Source of the DNA: Podarcis melisellensis
Lineage: Eukaryota
DNA length: 64,000 nt
Reading direction: 5' to 3' (one strand)
NCBI GenBank assembly: GCA_964234715.1
Contig: OZ174290.1
A program made the position numbers and the translations under genes. The notes under the pieces were generated by a model, which worked only from the letters and a program-made list of their open reading frames with translations, did not search any database and had not been told where the DNA came from. Below, one piece after another: positions 1 to 12,770 of this stretch (position 1 is its first letter; the number at the start of each line of letters is the position of its first letter).

Positions 1-557
1 GGCTAAGTGGAATAAAATAAAGAATATCATCAAAACCAGCATGGCTGGCTGGTGCTCTGAATGGGAACTTTCCACACTGCAACGTTTTGCTCCAAGTCCA
101 TCTTGACTTTTACAATCTTCTTGCTGCTACAGTATTTTAAACTTGGTCGAGATGTTCTGGTCCCAAACTGTTCACAGTTTGGGGCCAGAACATCTCGGGA
201 ACTGTACCATCTCCTTAAGAAACCTTGGGGCTTTAAGGGAAGGGAAATGGAAACAGAGAGAGCGAAAGCAACAGATAGACAGAAAGTATAATTTCTGCTT
301 CCAAAAGGACAGAGGCAGTCATCCTGAGCCCTAGCTGATCTTATGAGCTTGCTGAATAAGCTATCAGTAATGTCTCTAACCTCAATTGACCTCAAAAGGA
401 TGGGAGCATCACTATCCTTAGGCTATGCCAAATCTAGGACTTTATGTGCAAACAATTTTCTAAAACACCATGCTAGAAATTATTTAAAGAGAGCTGAAAA
501 GTTCCTTCTTTGCTGCTGTTTGCACAACTGATGGTGCAAGACAAGGAGTGCCCTTAC

Positions 558-724
558 CTTATCTTTTATTTGAGGGTAAAATTTCAGAACCGTTTCCATT
601 ATGTTGTCCACAAAACAGTTTTTGAAGGCCTCATACTCCGCTCCCCTCTTAGTAACCTTTTCCTCCTTCCATTCCTCAAACCATTCATATTTTGCAACTG
701 CCAGGACAATTAGAGTGGACTTGC
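558..724 (-). CDS. RETSAT: RETSAT exon 9 (GKSTLIVLAVAKYEWFEEWKEEKVTKRGAEYEAFK...FYPQIKDK); gene continues beyond window start
   Basis: ttatag acceptor, AAG|gtaagg donor, 167 nt, phase 1 to 0; YEWFEEW...KRG.YE motif of RETSAT. Confidence 0.95.
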
Positions 725-1592
725 CTATAATGAAAAGGGCACAAAGCGTTTCATTAGTGATGTGGTTGCCATAAAGGGACATCTTACCACCCCAGATTAT
801 TGCAGAAGATTTGGCAGGTGTCGAGGGCGCACGTTTCACAAACCTGGGCATTCTATGACACCTCAACTCATACAACCATCAGCACTCTAGGGCCTTTGGC
901 CAGCGACCCAAGCTCTATTGACCTGAATACTGTCAGCTAGGCTGAAATTGGCTGTCTGACGTTGCAGCCCAATGGAGAGGCATATAAAGTTCTTCCTCCT
1001 AGTCTGGTTTGGCTATCTGAACAAACTGTATTGTCCTCACTCAGTGGCCCAACTGTTCAGTCTGGTATCTGGCCTCTGTGACGATGACATCTTATTTCCC
1101 TGATCTGGTATCCCAGCCCATTCATGATCACATCTCAAGCCCATCACACTACATCAAATCCAAACCCTTTAACAAAGTAAGTCATGGGCCCATCAGTGAA
1201 TCTGGATCCTAAGATCCACTCTCCTTTAGATTGCTCTCTGCGTTTCCAAGATTCTGTCGTCTATGGTAGTTCGGGGTAGTGGTAGGGTGTCGATGGAAGA
1301 GAACTACCCCCCCAAGTTGGGGATAATCTCTTGGGGGCTGCTCACTGGCAGTGGGTGAATTCTTAACCAAGTGGTGGGCAGGACCACAAGCCAAAGCAGG
1401 TGGGGCACCCTTTTTCTCTTTTCCTTCCCATCTCCTTTCATTCCAGAATTCCAGGCTAAGATTTGCATGTAGCTTTAGGGCCACAGGTTGCCCAACTCTG
1501 AGCTACAAAGCCCCCCCTGCTGGCTCTTCTCCATTTCCTCCCACCCCTTAAGAAACATGATGTTGCATTGCTGCTTCAAACGGCACCCATAC

Positions 1593-1702
1593 CTGGGTAT
1601 CTCTTCTCCCAGAGGGGGTCCTTAGCCGATGGAGAACCAATGTATAGCAAGGGAATATTCTCTGGAGCGGTTTCTCTCGAACAATTGAAGTAACGAACGA
1701 AC
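1593..1702 (-). CDS. RETSAT: RETSAT exon 8 (FVRYFNCSRETAPENIPLLYIGSPSAKDPLWEKRYPG)
   Basis: cttgatag acceptor, CAG|gtatgg donor, 110 nt; conserved PSAKDP motif; not in frame in the ORF track. Confidence 0.95.
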
Positions 1703-2790
1703 CTATCAAGAAAGAAGACTTACTCTGAACTTTGACTTCATAATGTGTACAAATGATCAAACTATACTATTAATGCTGGAGACGGGGAAAAGATTGAGAG
1801 AGTTGAAAGTGTCTACAATTTCTGCGGCTTATAACTTTTTGCCTGGGCTAAATTTTTAAGCCTTCTCTCCTGTCTCCCACAAGGGAAAGCCGGGTGGGGG
1901 CAGTGTACACTGTTGAATGCCTTTGGAAAAAAGCGTGCTGTGCTGCGATGAAAGCTACATTCCTTTGGAGTGTAAGCATAGAAAAAACAAAACTACCAGG
2001 CTCCAGGAGGAAACATGTCAGAGCACTTGTGCTTACCAAATCAGATATACTATTTTCACAGCCAGTTAAAAATAAAAAAATGTGTTAAACCAAGAGAAAG
2101 TTTTGAAAATTCAGTTCAGATCTACCCAACCCAAATACAGTCAAGAGAATTAGAATTTAGAGCGCCAGAGTTTAGTTCTGCACCTCCATAAAGGCCCACT
2201 CCATAAAACCATTGTACAAGATCATCTCAGGTGCTTTTTCTACAGACAAGAGCAAAGACAAGGAGCTATGGACACAGCAGCCAAGGGAGCTAAAATTTGG
2301 CTGCTAAGTGAACATTATTGATCAACTACTGGCAAGTATCTAATTTGCATTTGTTTACAGTTATGAGTTGTATATATGAACAAATAAAATAACACTCTCA
2401 AAGGCAGCTTTCACAAAGGATGGCAAACCATAAAGCCAAGTCTGTTCTTGGCTGACCAATCCTGCTGGTCTGAGGGAAGGAGCGAAGCATTAATGGCAAA
2501 CAAACAATTAGCTATGATTTGTCGTGATTTGCAAAGTGGGCCAGTTAAACTGACATTACCTCCTCCCTAAGAAGTCAAGATAGGGTACAAACAAGCAAGT
2601 TTGTAGAAAAATGGTCCTGGTTTATAAATTCTGGGAATGAGACATTTCATAAGATTTGGCTATCTGTTTAGCGTGGTCCGGCAATTCTAGTATTATTATT
2701 TGGAAACTGAAACTTGATCTCGTATCATTAATTTTAGTGGTATTATCATTTATAATCATGCTGTTTATTTTACATTATTACCTCCTAGAA

Positions 2791-2928
2791 CAGGCATGCC
2801 CAAACTCGGCCCTCCAGATGTTTTGGGACTACAACTCCCATCATCCCTAGCTAACAGCACCAGTAGTCAGGGATGATGGGAATTGTAGTCCCAAAAAACA
2901 TTTGGAGGGCTGAGTTTGGGGATGCCTA
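2791..2928. mobile_element. Palindromic hAT-type MITE
   Basis: Near-perfect hairpin flanked by 8-bp TSD tcctagaa (2783-2790, 2929-2936). Confidence 0.85.
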
Positions 2929-3245
2929 TCCTAGAAGATTTAAGACGCTCAGTACTTTAACCTTAAATTCATATAATTTTGCAAAACCTGTGTTAGCCAG
3001 CAGTGTGTGGGGGTGGAAAACAAGAGATGAGAAGACCCTTCCTAGATTTTTTTTTTTAAAGTCCCTCTAGTCCTGCTTTCTGTTTCCCATGGTGGCAGTC
3101 AGATGCCTCTCAAAAACCAAACAGCAAGGCATGAAGGCAACAGATTTCACTTGCTGTTGCCCTCAAGCAACTGGTATTCACTGCGGCTCCCTTTAGCTTC
3201 AACAGCCAAAAGCCACTTAGAGGTTATTGAAAAAGATCTATCAGA

Positions 3246-4365
3246 TGGGGACAATTGGAAATTGCAGAGTATGGAGAAAATGAAGGATAAAGTGCGAGAC
3301 TGGTTACATTACGCTCAGATTAAGGAAACTTTTAAAAGTGACAAAAAGTTAGGATTCCAGGTGGAGAAATCGAAGTTGGAAACAGAGCTGTTAGAACCTA
3401 AGACTAAGGTACTTTCAAGAATGTATAATTTGCTGCTGAAATGGAATACGCAAGACGAAATGGTTAAGTCGGCTATGATAAAATGGGCACAGGACATTGG
3501 GCATAACATTATGTTTGAGGACTGGGAAAGGTTGTGGACCACTGGGTTGAATTTCACTGCATGTAATGCTTTGAAAGAAAATGTAATGAAAATGATATAC
3601 AGATGGTACATGACCCCAGTTAAACTTGCCAAAATATACCATTCGTCTGATAACAAATGTTGGAAATGTAAAGAAAATGAAGGAACATTCTTCCACCTCT
3701 GGTGGACATGCCCTAAAGTGAAGGCCTTCTGGGAAATGATATATAATGAGTTGAAAAAGGTGTTTAAGTATACCTTTACCAAGAAACCAGAGGCCTTTCT
3801 TTTGGGCATTGTCGACCAGAAGGTGTTAAAGAAAGATAGAACATTTTTCATGTACGCAACAACAGCAGCAAGGATACTACTCGCTAAGAACTGGAAAACT
3901 CAAGATCTACCCACACTGGAATAATGGCAGATGCAACTGATGGACTATATGCAATTGGCGGAGATGACTGGCAGAATCCGAGACCTGGGAGAAGAAAGGA
4001 TTGAAGAAGATTGGAAGAAATTCAAGACCTACCTGCAGAAATATTGTGACTTAGTGGAATGTTAAGAAGGATGCTTGGTTATAAATAATTGGCCATCATT
4101 AAAATAGATTAAGAATTGAGGATAAGAGAGATTAAGAGAAACAATTAGTAGGAGAACTATTTTACGGTATTTAAGCATGTGGTTATAGATTTGGAAATAA
4201 GATGATAATTTGCTTGACAAAATTTATTAAAGATGTAAATGGGAGCGGGAGACGCGAGGAAGCTCAAGAATATTATGAAATTTTGTTAAAACAAGGCAAT
4301 AATGTTTATTATTATTGTATTTTCTTTCTAAAAACCTTAATAAATATTTATTAAAAAAAAGAAAA
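3246..4365 (+). mobile_element. 5'-truncated L1-clade LINE (ORF2 C-terminus with CWKC...HLWWTC zinc knuckle, 3'UTR, A-tail)
   Basis: ORF 3103-3924; AATAAA and A-rich tail; 17-bp TSD gaaaaagatctatcaga (3229-3245, 4366-4382). Confidence 0.9.
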
Positions 4366-4511
4366 GAAAAAGATCTATCAGAAAAAACGACCTTCTAAAA
4401 AGTTAGCGGCCACACCACCACACTGTTGCCTGATTAATTCCATAGTTTAGCTATCCAATAAATGAAGAAGCATTTTCTTTTGTCTCCTGCTAATTGGTTC
4501 TACTGGGTGAC

Positions 4512-4808
4512 GGACAGAGCTGTTCCGCCTGGCCTTTGGTTTGGACTCCGTCTGACCCTTATGTTTTCCCTCCCCTTATGGTCTTGATTTATTGACTATT
4601 TTTAAAATGAGGCTACATTTTAAATTGCATTTTAACCTGTATTTTAAATTGGGTTTTCCCTCCCTCTCTTTCCCCCTTATGATGTTTTTACTGTGATTTT
4701 ATTGGTGTTAGCCGCGCTGAGCCCGGCTCTGGCCAGAGAGGGTGGGGTATAAATAAAATTATATTATTCTTATTCTTATTCTTATTCTTATTCTTATTAT
4801 TATTATTA
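4512..4808 (+). mobile_element. L2-type LINE 3' tail
   Basis: Nearly the same sequence as 42198-42452; ends in (ATTCTT)n/(ATT)n. Confidence 0.7.
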
Positions 4809-4937
4809 TACCACTGACAGACTTCTCTCACTACCTACCCCTCCTTGGGTCACTTTATTCCTTCGCCCCCCTCAAATAAAAAGTCCCCAAATGTTCATTT
4901 CCTCATTAGGAAACTCCTGGGTTATTTTGGTTTCATG

Positions 4938-5324
4938 CAGTGCTTTTTTTTCCTGGGGGGGACGCAGAGGTACGCATACCCCTAAACATTTTGTGATTAT
5001 TAAGGTTGAGAAATAAGTAATAAGGATTTGCTGAGTTAACAATTTAAATTGGAATACAAGAAGGGGAGGTGTGAGGAGGTCTGAGAAATAAGGTAAAAGA
5101 AAATAAGCAATTGAAATTTTATGTGTTTTTATTTTTTGTATGTTTGTTATTTTTTGTTTGTTTTTGTTTTTGTTTTATTATTGAAAATGCCAATAAACAT
5201 TTAATAATAATAATAATAATAAATTGTGATTCTAAGTTTAGCCTCATCGAGGGGCGGTATTTCAATATGAGTAGGAAAATGAGAGTACCCCTAAACATTT
5301 TTTTTATATAGAAAAAAAGCACTG
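4938..5324. mobile_element. hAT-type MITE containing a nested L1 3' fragment (~4999-5222)
   Basis: TIR cagtgcttttttt / aaaaaaagcactg with 8-bp TSD gtttcatg; inner fragment ends AATAAA...(AAT)n and is bounded by ttgtgatt. Confidence 0.8.
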
Positions 5325-5500
5325 GTTTCATGCATACTGAAGGATGAGCCAAGGGTGATGCCATCTTGGATATGACTTCTACGATTTCGGCCATATGACT
5401 GAGTTGAGAGAAGGTTCTCCTCACTCCATATCGCTGTGGTCAAATAAATTTCAAATTTCCCCTAACTCTTAGGTGGTTCGGTAGCAAAGTTACACCTTAC

Positions 5501-5639
5501 GCTTCACTGAAGTTGCTGTGTCGGTAGATGTAGTAGTTCTTAGCTTCAAATCCCAGTTCTTCCTTGGAACCTTTGAGTCCGATGAAGAGGCTGATTCCTG
5601 CTATGCCATGATTCATCATGGAGAGCTGGTTCTGAACAC
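5501..5639 (-). CDS. RETSAT: RETSAT exon 7 (GVQNQLSMMNHGIAGISLFIGLKGSKEELGFEAKNYYIYRHSNFSEA)
   Basis: gggcag acceptor, GC|gtaagg donor, 139 nt, phase 1 to 2 fits neighbours. Confidence 0.95.
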
Positions 5640-5726
5640 CTGCCCAAAGACCAACAGAGGGAAGTAAAATGGGGGAAGACGAGGCAGGTAAGCTCTAGAA
5701 GTAAAATTATGAATCAAAACAGCACC

Positions 5727-6160
5727 ATCCGTTGGCACAGAAATGGAAGCAGGAAGAAATCCCGACGAAAGAAGAATGGCAGACGAAATTAATGGAATAT
5801 GCAGAATTGGACAAAATGACAGGAAGAATTCGAAACCTGCGGGAACAGAGATTTACAGAAGATTGGAAGAAATATATGAACTATTTGAAGAGCAATTGTA
5901 ACCAACAAATTATGCTAGTAGGTCTATAAGAAGTTTTGTAAGGAGAAATATATGAAACATTACAAATTAGATAAAGAATAGAGATATTGGTTATGAGTTT
6001 TAAATGTAACAGGGAAAGTAAGAAATGTATACTAAGAGATTAGACTGGAAAATTTTCAGACAGGATTGATGGAAGTCAAAAAATTGTATAAGATGTAAAA
6101 GCATGTTTAATTATTGTTGAAAATGGTATGTTAAAAAACTAATAAAAAATTATAAAAAAA
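5727..6160 (+). mobile_element. 5'-truncated L1-like 3' end
   Basis: WK.EEIPT.EEW..KLMEYAE peptide, AATAAA, A-tail, 12-bp TSD caaaacagcacc. Confidence 0.85.
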
Positions 6161-6795
6161 CAAAACAGCACCCTCTGGCATCTTAGATTGGGAAATTGGA
6201 ATAAAAGCAACTTTTTAAAGCCAACCTCCCTCCCTCACGGACCCCCCAAAAAGGTGCACCTTGTTGGATTCAATGTGCACACTTATGTGCTAAGCTTTTT
6301 ATAGCTTTGAAAGTCGAGCTCTCCAACCAATAGGTAGAGGAACTCCTGGAACTGAGCCCAGAAGCGTATGAGGTATATCTGAATGAATTTAGTCATACAC
6401 ATACAAGGTAATATAAGTTGCCTTTCTAGAGTACGGTAATTTGTTGCACAAGATATTGGTCCTAAGCAACATGAAGGAGAACACGCTTTACCCCAAAACA
6501 ACAAGACAGAGGTGTACAAGGGATTTGCATATTCACTTTTCTTTCTGGGTAACATGAAGGAGAAACTTGGTCATCTCACTTAAAATGAGATGTGCAAGTT
6601 CTTCCTTGGGATGAACCTTCCCCCTCCCCCCAAAAATATGCTCTTTACCTTAAGATTAGGTAGCAGCTATGAAACATCACTAGCTTTTACTCCTACCAAA
6701 CATTAATTTCCATCTCTTACCTTTGCTGTATGACCTGCGCCATGTGAAGGTAACTTTTAACCTCTCCTTGGGATGCAACTGCCCAACTCATTCTC

Positions 6796-7019
6796 NNNNN
6801 NNNNNNNNNNNNNNNNNNNNNNNNNNNNNNNNNNNNNNNNNNNNNNNNNNNNNNNNNNNNNNNNNNNNNNNNNNNNNNNNNNNNNNNNNNNNNNNNNNNN
6901 NNNNNNNNNNNNNNNNNNNNNNNNNNNNNNNNNNNNNNNNNNNNNNNNNNNNNNNNNNNNNNNNNNNNNNNNNNNNNNNNNNNNNNNNNNNNNNNNNNNN
7001 NNNNNNNNNNNNNNNNNNN
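6796..7019. other. Assembly gap
   Basis: N run. Confidence 1.
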
Positions 7020-7070
7020 GTTTATACATTTCACTAGTTTTAAGATCAATTTAACGTTTGAAAATTTGAC

Positions 7071-7741
7071 AACAAAATTAAGAGCTTCTGGGACACTGTT
7101 TATGAGGAGTTGAAAAGAAATATTTAAACAAACTTTTATAAAGAAACCAGAAGCCTTTTTATTGGGCATATTAGACATCCCAAATGAAAATAAGAGAATA
7201 TTCCCTTACGCATCATTGGCAGCAAGAATTTTAATTGCAAAAAAATGGAAAAGTGGAAAAGTACCAACACAAAAAGAGTGGCAAGACAGATTATTTGATT
7301 ATCTTGAATTGGCAAAAATGATGGATGCAATTAGCGAACAGTCTAACAAAAAAAATATTAAAAAGCCTGGGGAGTGTACAGAAATTACTTTAAAAAAAAA
7401 CAGTGCCCCCAAATCAAAACCTGGATTTGCTTTGAGTAATTTTTGCAAAACAAATTATGGTCTACAAGCATAGTATATGGAGAAGAGTAGAAATGATGAA
7501 ATGAGAAAGAAACAGTTTCTTTCAGACACGAAACCAGAACTGCTTTGAGGAGGAAGGAAGTCTATTAGAATAGAATACGAATTGGAAAGAGAAAATAGGG
7601 TAACATAAGTCCGTATCTAAGAACTTTCAGATTTATGACTATATGTTTGTCATTTGTTTCGTGGTTTTTTTTTAGTTTGTTTCTTAAGTGTCGTGTGTGT
7701 GCGTGTTGTAATGAAACGTTAATAAAAAGCATTTTAAAAAA
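7071..7741 (+). mobile_element. Degraded L1-like 3' end
   Basis: KKPEAFLLG...ARILIAKKWK remnants; degenerate 19-bp TSD taacgttt(g/c)aa(a/g)tttgac. Confidence 0.8.
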
Positions 7742-7760
7742 TAACGTTTCAAAGTTTGAC

Positions 7761-8350
7761 TTTCTTCCCCCTCTTTCTGCGGTTCCTTAAATTTATTTTT
7801 TAATATCTTCTGCATATCCAAATTTGTTTAATTTGCTTGTTTAATTATCTACGGTACTTTAAATATATACTCTTACGAAACTGCAGGTTATTACAATAAT
7901 ACTGCCAGTGTTTTTATCTGTTTGCAATTTATCTGTAAATATTCAATAAACCATTTCCATTCTTTTATAAAAAAGTTTGTTATCTTGATTTTGCCATTTC
8001 TGTATATTCCATAAGTTTTTGTATCCACTGTTCCTTTACTGGGACTTCTGCTTCTTTTCACTTTGGGGCAAGTAGCATTCTTGCTGCTGTAGTAGCATAA
8101 CATACATAAATAAATTTCTATACAATTTAGGTAGCTCTGTCCCTATAATTCCCAAAAGAAAAGCTCCAGGTGTTTTTTTTACACAAGTTATTTTGAACAT
8201 CCTTTTCAATTCATTGCATATCATTTCCCAATAAGCTTTAACCTTATTACAAGACCACCACATATGATAAAAAGAACCTTCTTTCTCTTTACATTTCCAA
8301 CACTTGTTTGATTTAGATTTCTACATTTTTGCCAGTTTATTCGGTGTTAG
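7761..8350 (-). mobile_element. Degraded L1-like 3' end, same subfamily as 61440-62230
   Basis: MWWSCNKVKAYWEMI.NELK peptide; shares ttttgggaattatagggacaga with the 61.9 kb copy. Confidence 0.8.
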
Positions 8351-10186
8351 GGTCCTTAATTACAATAAGAAAGTTTCCTACCTGCAGAATTCTATGTTAG
8401 GTACCTATTAGAACATTAGATTCCCAGCGTTATCTCTTGTAATTGCCAACTTTCTTTCTGAGGTGGTCAGGATCAGAGAGTACTTTGTATTAGATGAAAG
8501 TCTGAAACAAGCCTAGTTTTATTCATTGTCCAAATAGTATGAGTGCTTTTAATGTGTTTTTATCGTATTGGAATCTATTTGTGAACCACAATGAAGAATT
8601 CATTGATTGATTAATTGATTGATTGAATAAGAAAGTTTCCTGTACCTTACTTTATTCCCCCCCCCCCGCCAGCATTACTTAACCTAATTTAAACTTAACC
8701 TAATTTAATTCAATATTCCAACTTCAGTTCATGGAAACCTCTGAGCTATTGGAATATTAAAGTGGATCTGCAATTCAGAATTATTCTCCAAGTGTCCTAG
8801 AGGAACACTTCATTTCAACGATTGTCTATATCTTGAGTCCTATTTGGTCAAAACAATTTTTACTCCTGAAAAAGGGATAATTCCAGGAGTAGCTGTCGGA
8901 AAGGGAGGTTGACTGAGGGTAAATGGTTTTACGTGAGCAGGTGCATAATCTCCTGCTAAAAGTTAATCACAGAATCAGGGTGGCATAGAAGGTCAAGTTA
9001 AATCTCCCATTAGCTTTAGACATCTCAAGTTAATTTTTTACAGTTGAAGAACTCTTAGGAGTTCACTAGGACTCCTGTCATCTTGTGCCAACTTTTCACC
9101 TCAAGGTCTTTTTGTCAAGGATAAACAACTGCTGCCCCAGAAACTTACGTGAAGGAGACTCAAATCCTCTTACGCGCGGCTGTTCATTTAACAAAATACA
9201 AGGTTATTTTTTACTTTTAAGAGAAAGGTATCCGCTGCTTGCACACATTACACTAATTAAACAGGTTTGTGCATCTATCAATCTAGATATCAATATCAAT
9301 ATCCTTGAAAACATATGGAACCCTTTATTGAATTCTGTCCCTGTATGCAAGTATTGCAAATTGCAAAGAGCGTGGCCAAGATGTTACAACGAGCAGATTT
9401 TCAGTGACATTTGGAAGAATATTTATTTTACATCCACCACCACCAGGTAATATGTAGCATACCTATTAATTTTATCCACTGGAGAATAGTGTAAGGTAAA
9501 GTTCAGAGTAAGGGCAAATTAATTTACATCAGGGTTGAGGAACCTGCTGCTCTCTGGATGTTGTTAGACTACAACTCCCATCATCCCTGATCATTGACCA
9601 TGCTGACTGGGGCTATTGGGAGCTGAAGTCCTAACAGCATCTGAAGAACTGCAGGTTCTTCATCCCCTTTTGCACGATCAGCGTAGTATTGTGTATTTTT
9701 TGTAGGCAGGGCCATGGTTGGAATAGATGGGATTGGCCAACGCTCACTAAAAACAAAAGGACAAGCCAAGAAAGACAAAAGGAAACACTATTATTTGATT
9801 AGCTATTATTTATAAAGCAACTTGCACAACAGCAAGTGAACCAAAGACAAATGTATGACTTACACAAGATGCTTCAGACACCCCCCACAGTGTTTTAGTA
9901 TTAAAATTATGGAGTGAAAAAACCTTACTGGGCATAGGTCATTCAATACAAAGGGCATTCTAATTAAGTCGTTCTCATGGATGACCATTAAAATTAATGG
10001 AATAACTGAAGTTCACTGATATCTGTAGGACTGCTATAAGCATGACAACATTGGCTGTCACCCAAGCATGTATTTGAGTTTGACACTTTTGAGTTTTGTA
10101 GTACTACATCTATTGATTGCCTGTAAAATATCTACCATAACAGACCATCTATGAAATGCTCAGGAAGCTTGTGGCATAATATATAC

Positions 10187-10363
10187 AGTCATACCTTGGG
10201 ATAAATGTGCTTCAAGTTAAGTATTTTCGGGTTGCGCTCAGTGGCACGTTACTTTCAGGTTTCGCCACTCATGCATGCGAAGATGGTCAAAATGATGTCA
10301 CAAGCATGCGCGGAAGCGGCAAAACGGCAAAACGGATCCCGTTCACATCCCGAGGTACTACTG
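10187..10363. mobile_element. Tc1/mariner-type MITE
   Basis: TA + cagtcatacct ... aggtactactg termini. Confidence 0.65.
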
Positions 10364-11594
10364 TCTTTAGTACCCAGTGTTTTCTGGTGTAGCATAGGTT
10401 TCTTGGGGGTTCTTTAGATTAATGGTCCTGTCACACAAAGGTCCATTCTTGATTAATGTCCCTCATTTTAACAGCTTAATTTAGGCGGGAAAAGACCTTT
10501 GGTCTTCCACGAACTTTTACCTAGTAGGAGCTATTCCATCAGGCTTCCTGAACTGGCTGGTCATTATAAGAACCGGTGCCTCAACTTGCTTTCCTCCCTT
10601 TTCCCTCCCCATCACTTTTTCCTCATGTGTCAATCGTAAGCTTATTGTAAGCCACCCTGGGTTTATGGACTACAGCTTTCTGCCTGCCCCACTTTAGATT
10701 ACTTAAAAACCTGAAGCTCTACCTGTAACTTTTATATACTCTGCACTACCCAACATTGTACAGCTCATGTTAAGCACTTGGCAGCCTTTCCCCCTTTCAC
10801 TCAGGCTCATTTGTTAAAGGAAATCTTTCTATTCAACACTGTGTTTATATCAAGAGCCTTAGAAGCAACACGTGAGCTTTCTTTCAAAGCTATTAAAATT
10901 TGCTTACAATTTGATCCTTCCAGAGCATACTGGTAGTCTGAAAAACTCCCATGAGATTTAGAAGGATTGTGCTAGCAAAACAGAGGACTGGCCGTTTTAA
11001 AAGAAAAACCACACGTAGTATTATTAGAGCTGAAAGGAAGTCTTGGAAAAGTTGAATCCTATTAAAGCCAATGCATAAATTCATCTCATGTTTACCACAT
11101 CTTTATCCCTTATGGATTGGCCCCATAATTTGAGTCCTTTGACCCATAGCCTCTGATAGTGGGGATCATATGACAAGCAGAAACATGGCATTCTAGAACT
11201 TCTGTCCCACTTTTCAGTTAAAACATACTATTTTTTAAAAAGGCTGCAACACATTTCTGAACAGCAGCAGATTAAAATAGTTAAAATCAGAAGATAACGG
11301 GGGGGGGGGGAAGCTTAGGAAAAAATTGGCATACCAAGGCATACCAAAGCAAAACATTCTAGTACTCCTTTGTGCCATTTTTGCATTTTATTTTCTGTTG
11401 CAGTCAACAGGAATGTCAGTAGGGTTTCCCCCCTGAAGTAAATGTGTATTTTGTTTGTTAAATACTGACAATAATGCCATTTGCAGCAAATAAAAAACCG
11501 TTCTTTAGAAAGTCAGCATGTTCCATAGTGGATGTCACAACTCTGAAGGTTGAACTATTTTCAGTTTGATGTTAAATTAATTAGTAGTCACCCA

Positions 11595-12770
11595 TTGTTG
11601 TTTAGTCGTTTAGTCATGTCCGACTCTTCGTGACCCCATGGACCAGAGCACGCCAGGCACTCCTGTCTTCCACGGCCTCCCGCAGTTTGCTCAAACTCAT
11701 GCTGGTAGCTTCGAGAACACTGTCCAACCATCTTGTCCTCTGTCGTCCCCTTCTCCTTGTGCCCTCCATCTTTCCCAACATCAGGGTCTTTTCCAGGGAG
11801 TCTTCTCTTCTCATGAGGTGGTCAAAGTATTGGAGACTCAGCTTCACGATCTGTCCTTCCATTGAGCACTCAGGGCTGATTTCCTTAAGAATGGAGAGGT
11901 TCGATCTTCTTGCAGTCCATGGGACTCTCAAGAGTCTCCTCCAGCACCATAATCCAAAAGCATCCATTCTTCGGCGATCAGTCTTCTTTATGGTCCAGCT
12001 CTCACTTCCATACATCACTACTGGGAAAACCATGGCTTTAACTATATGGACCTTAGCTGGCAAGGTGATGTCTCTGCTTTTTAAGATGCTGTCTAGGTTT
12101 GTCATTGCTTTTCTCCCAAGAAGCAGGCATCTTCTAATTTCGTGACTGCTGTCACCATCTGCAGTGATCATGGAGCCCAAGAAAGTAAAATCTCTCACTG
12201 CCTCCATTTCTTCCTCTTCTATTTGCCCGGAGGTGATGGGCCCAGTGGCCATGATCTTCGGGTTTTTTTGATGTTGAGCTTCAGACCATATTTTGCGCTC
12301 TCCTCTTTCACCCTCATTAAAAGGTTCTTTAATTCCTCCTCACTTTCTGCCATCAAGGTTGTGTCATCTGCATATATGAGGTTGTTGATATTTCTTCCGG
12401 CAATCTTAATTCCATCTTGGGATTCATCCAGCCCAGCCTTTCACATGATGAATTCTGCATATAAGTTAAATAAGCAGGGAGAGAATATACAGCCTTGTTG
12501 TACTCCTTTCCCAATTTTGAACCAATCAGTTGTTCCATATCCAGTTCTAACTGTAGCTTCTTGTCTCACATAGAGATTTCTCAGGAGACAGATGAGGTGG
12601 TCAGGCACTCCCATTTCTTTAAGAACTTGCCATAGTTTGCTGTGGTCGACACAGTCAAAGGCTTTTGCATAGTCAATGAAGCAGAAGTAGATGTCTTTCT
12701 GGAACTCTCTAGCTTTCTCCATCATCTTCTAGCGCATGTTTGCAATTTGGTCTCTGGTTCCTCTGCCTCT
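11595..12770 (-). mobile_element. RTE-BovB LINE, 5'-truncated (RT domain C-terminal half and 3' end)
   Basis: ORFs 12441-12725 (FIDYAKAFDCVDH) and 11614-12252 (FPVVMYGSESWT, AWRALVHGVTKSRT) are typical BovB; frameshifted; short CAA tail. Confidence 0.92.

Noticed and set aside
1-557. RETSAT exons 10-11, or ORF 30-395 as a gene
   Set aside because: No SPLTN/YGADH-like motifs in any frame read; the remaining exons must lie outside the window
2791-2928. Pre-miRNA hairpin
   Set aside because: Multi-copy palindrome with 8-bp TSD, so a MITE
3103-3924. 273-aa ORF as a host gene
   Set aside because: It is L1 ORF2 C-terminus fused by chance to flank, bounded by TSDs
5335-5434. Exon-like stretch after RETSAT exon 7 (ccacag acceptor on minus strand)
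   Set aside because: In-phase reading hits TGA within a few codons; the true exon 8 is at 1593-1702
6717-7178. ORFs containing X runs (also 43402-44001)
   Set aside because: Artefacts of N gaps
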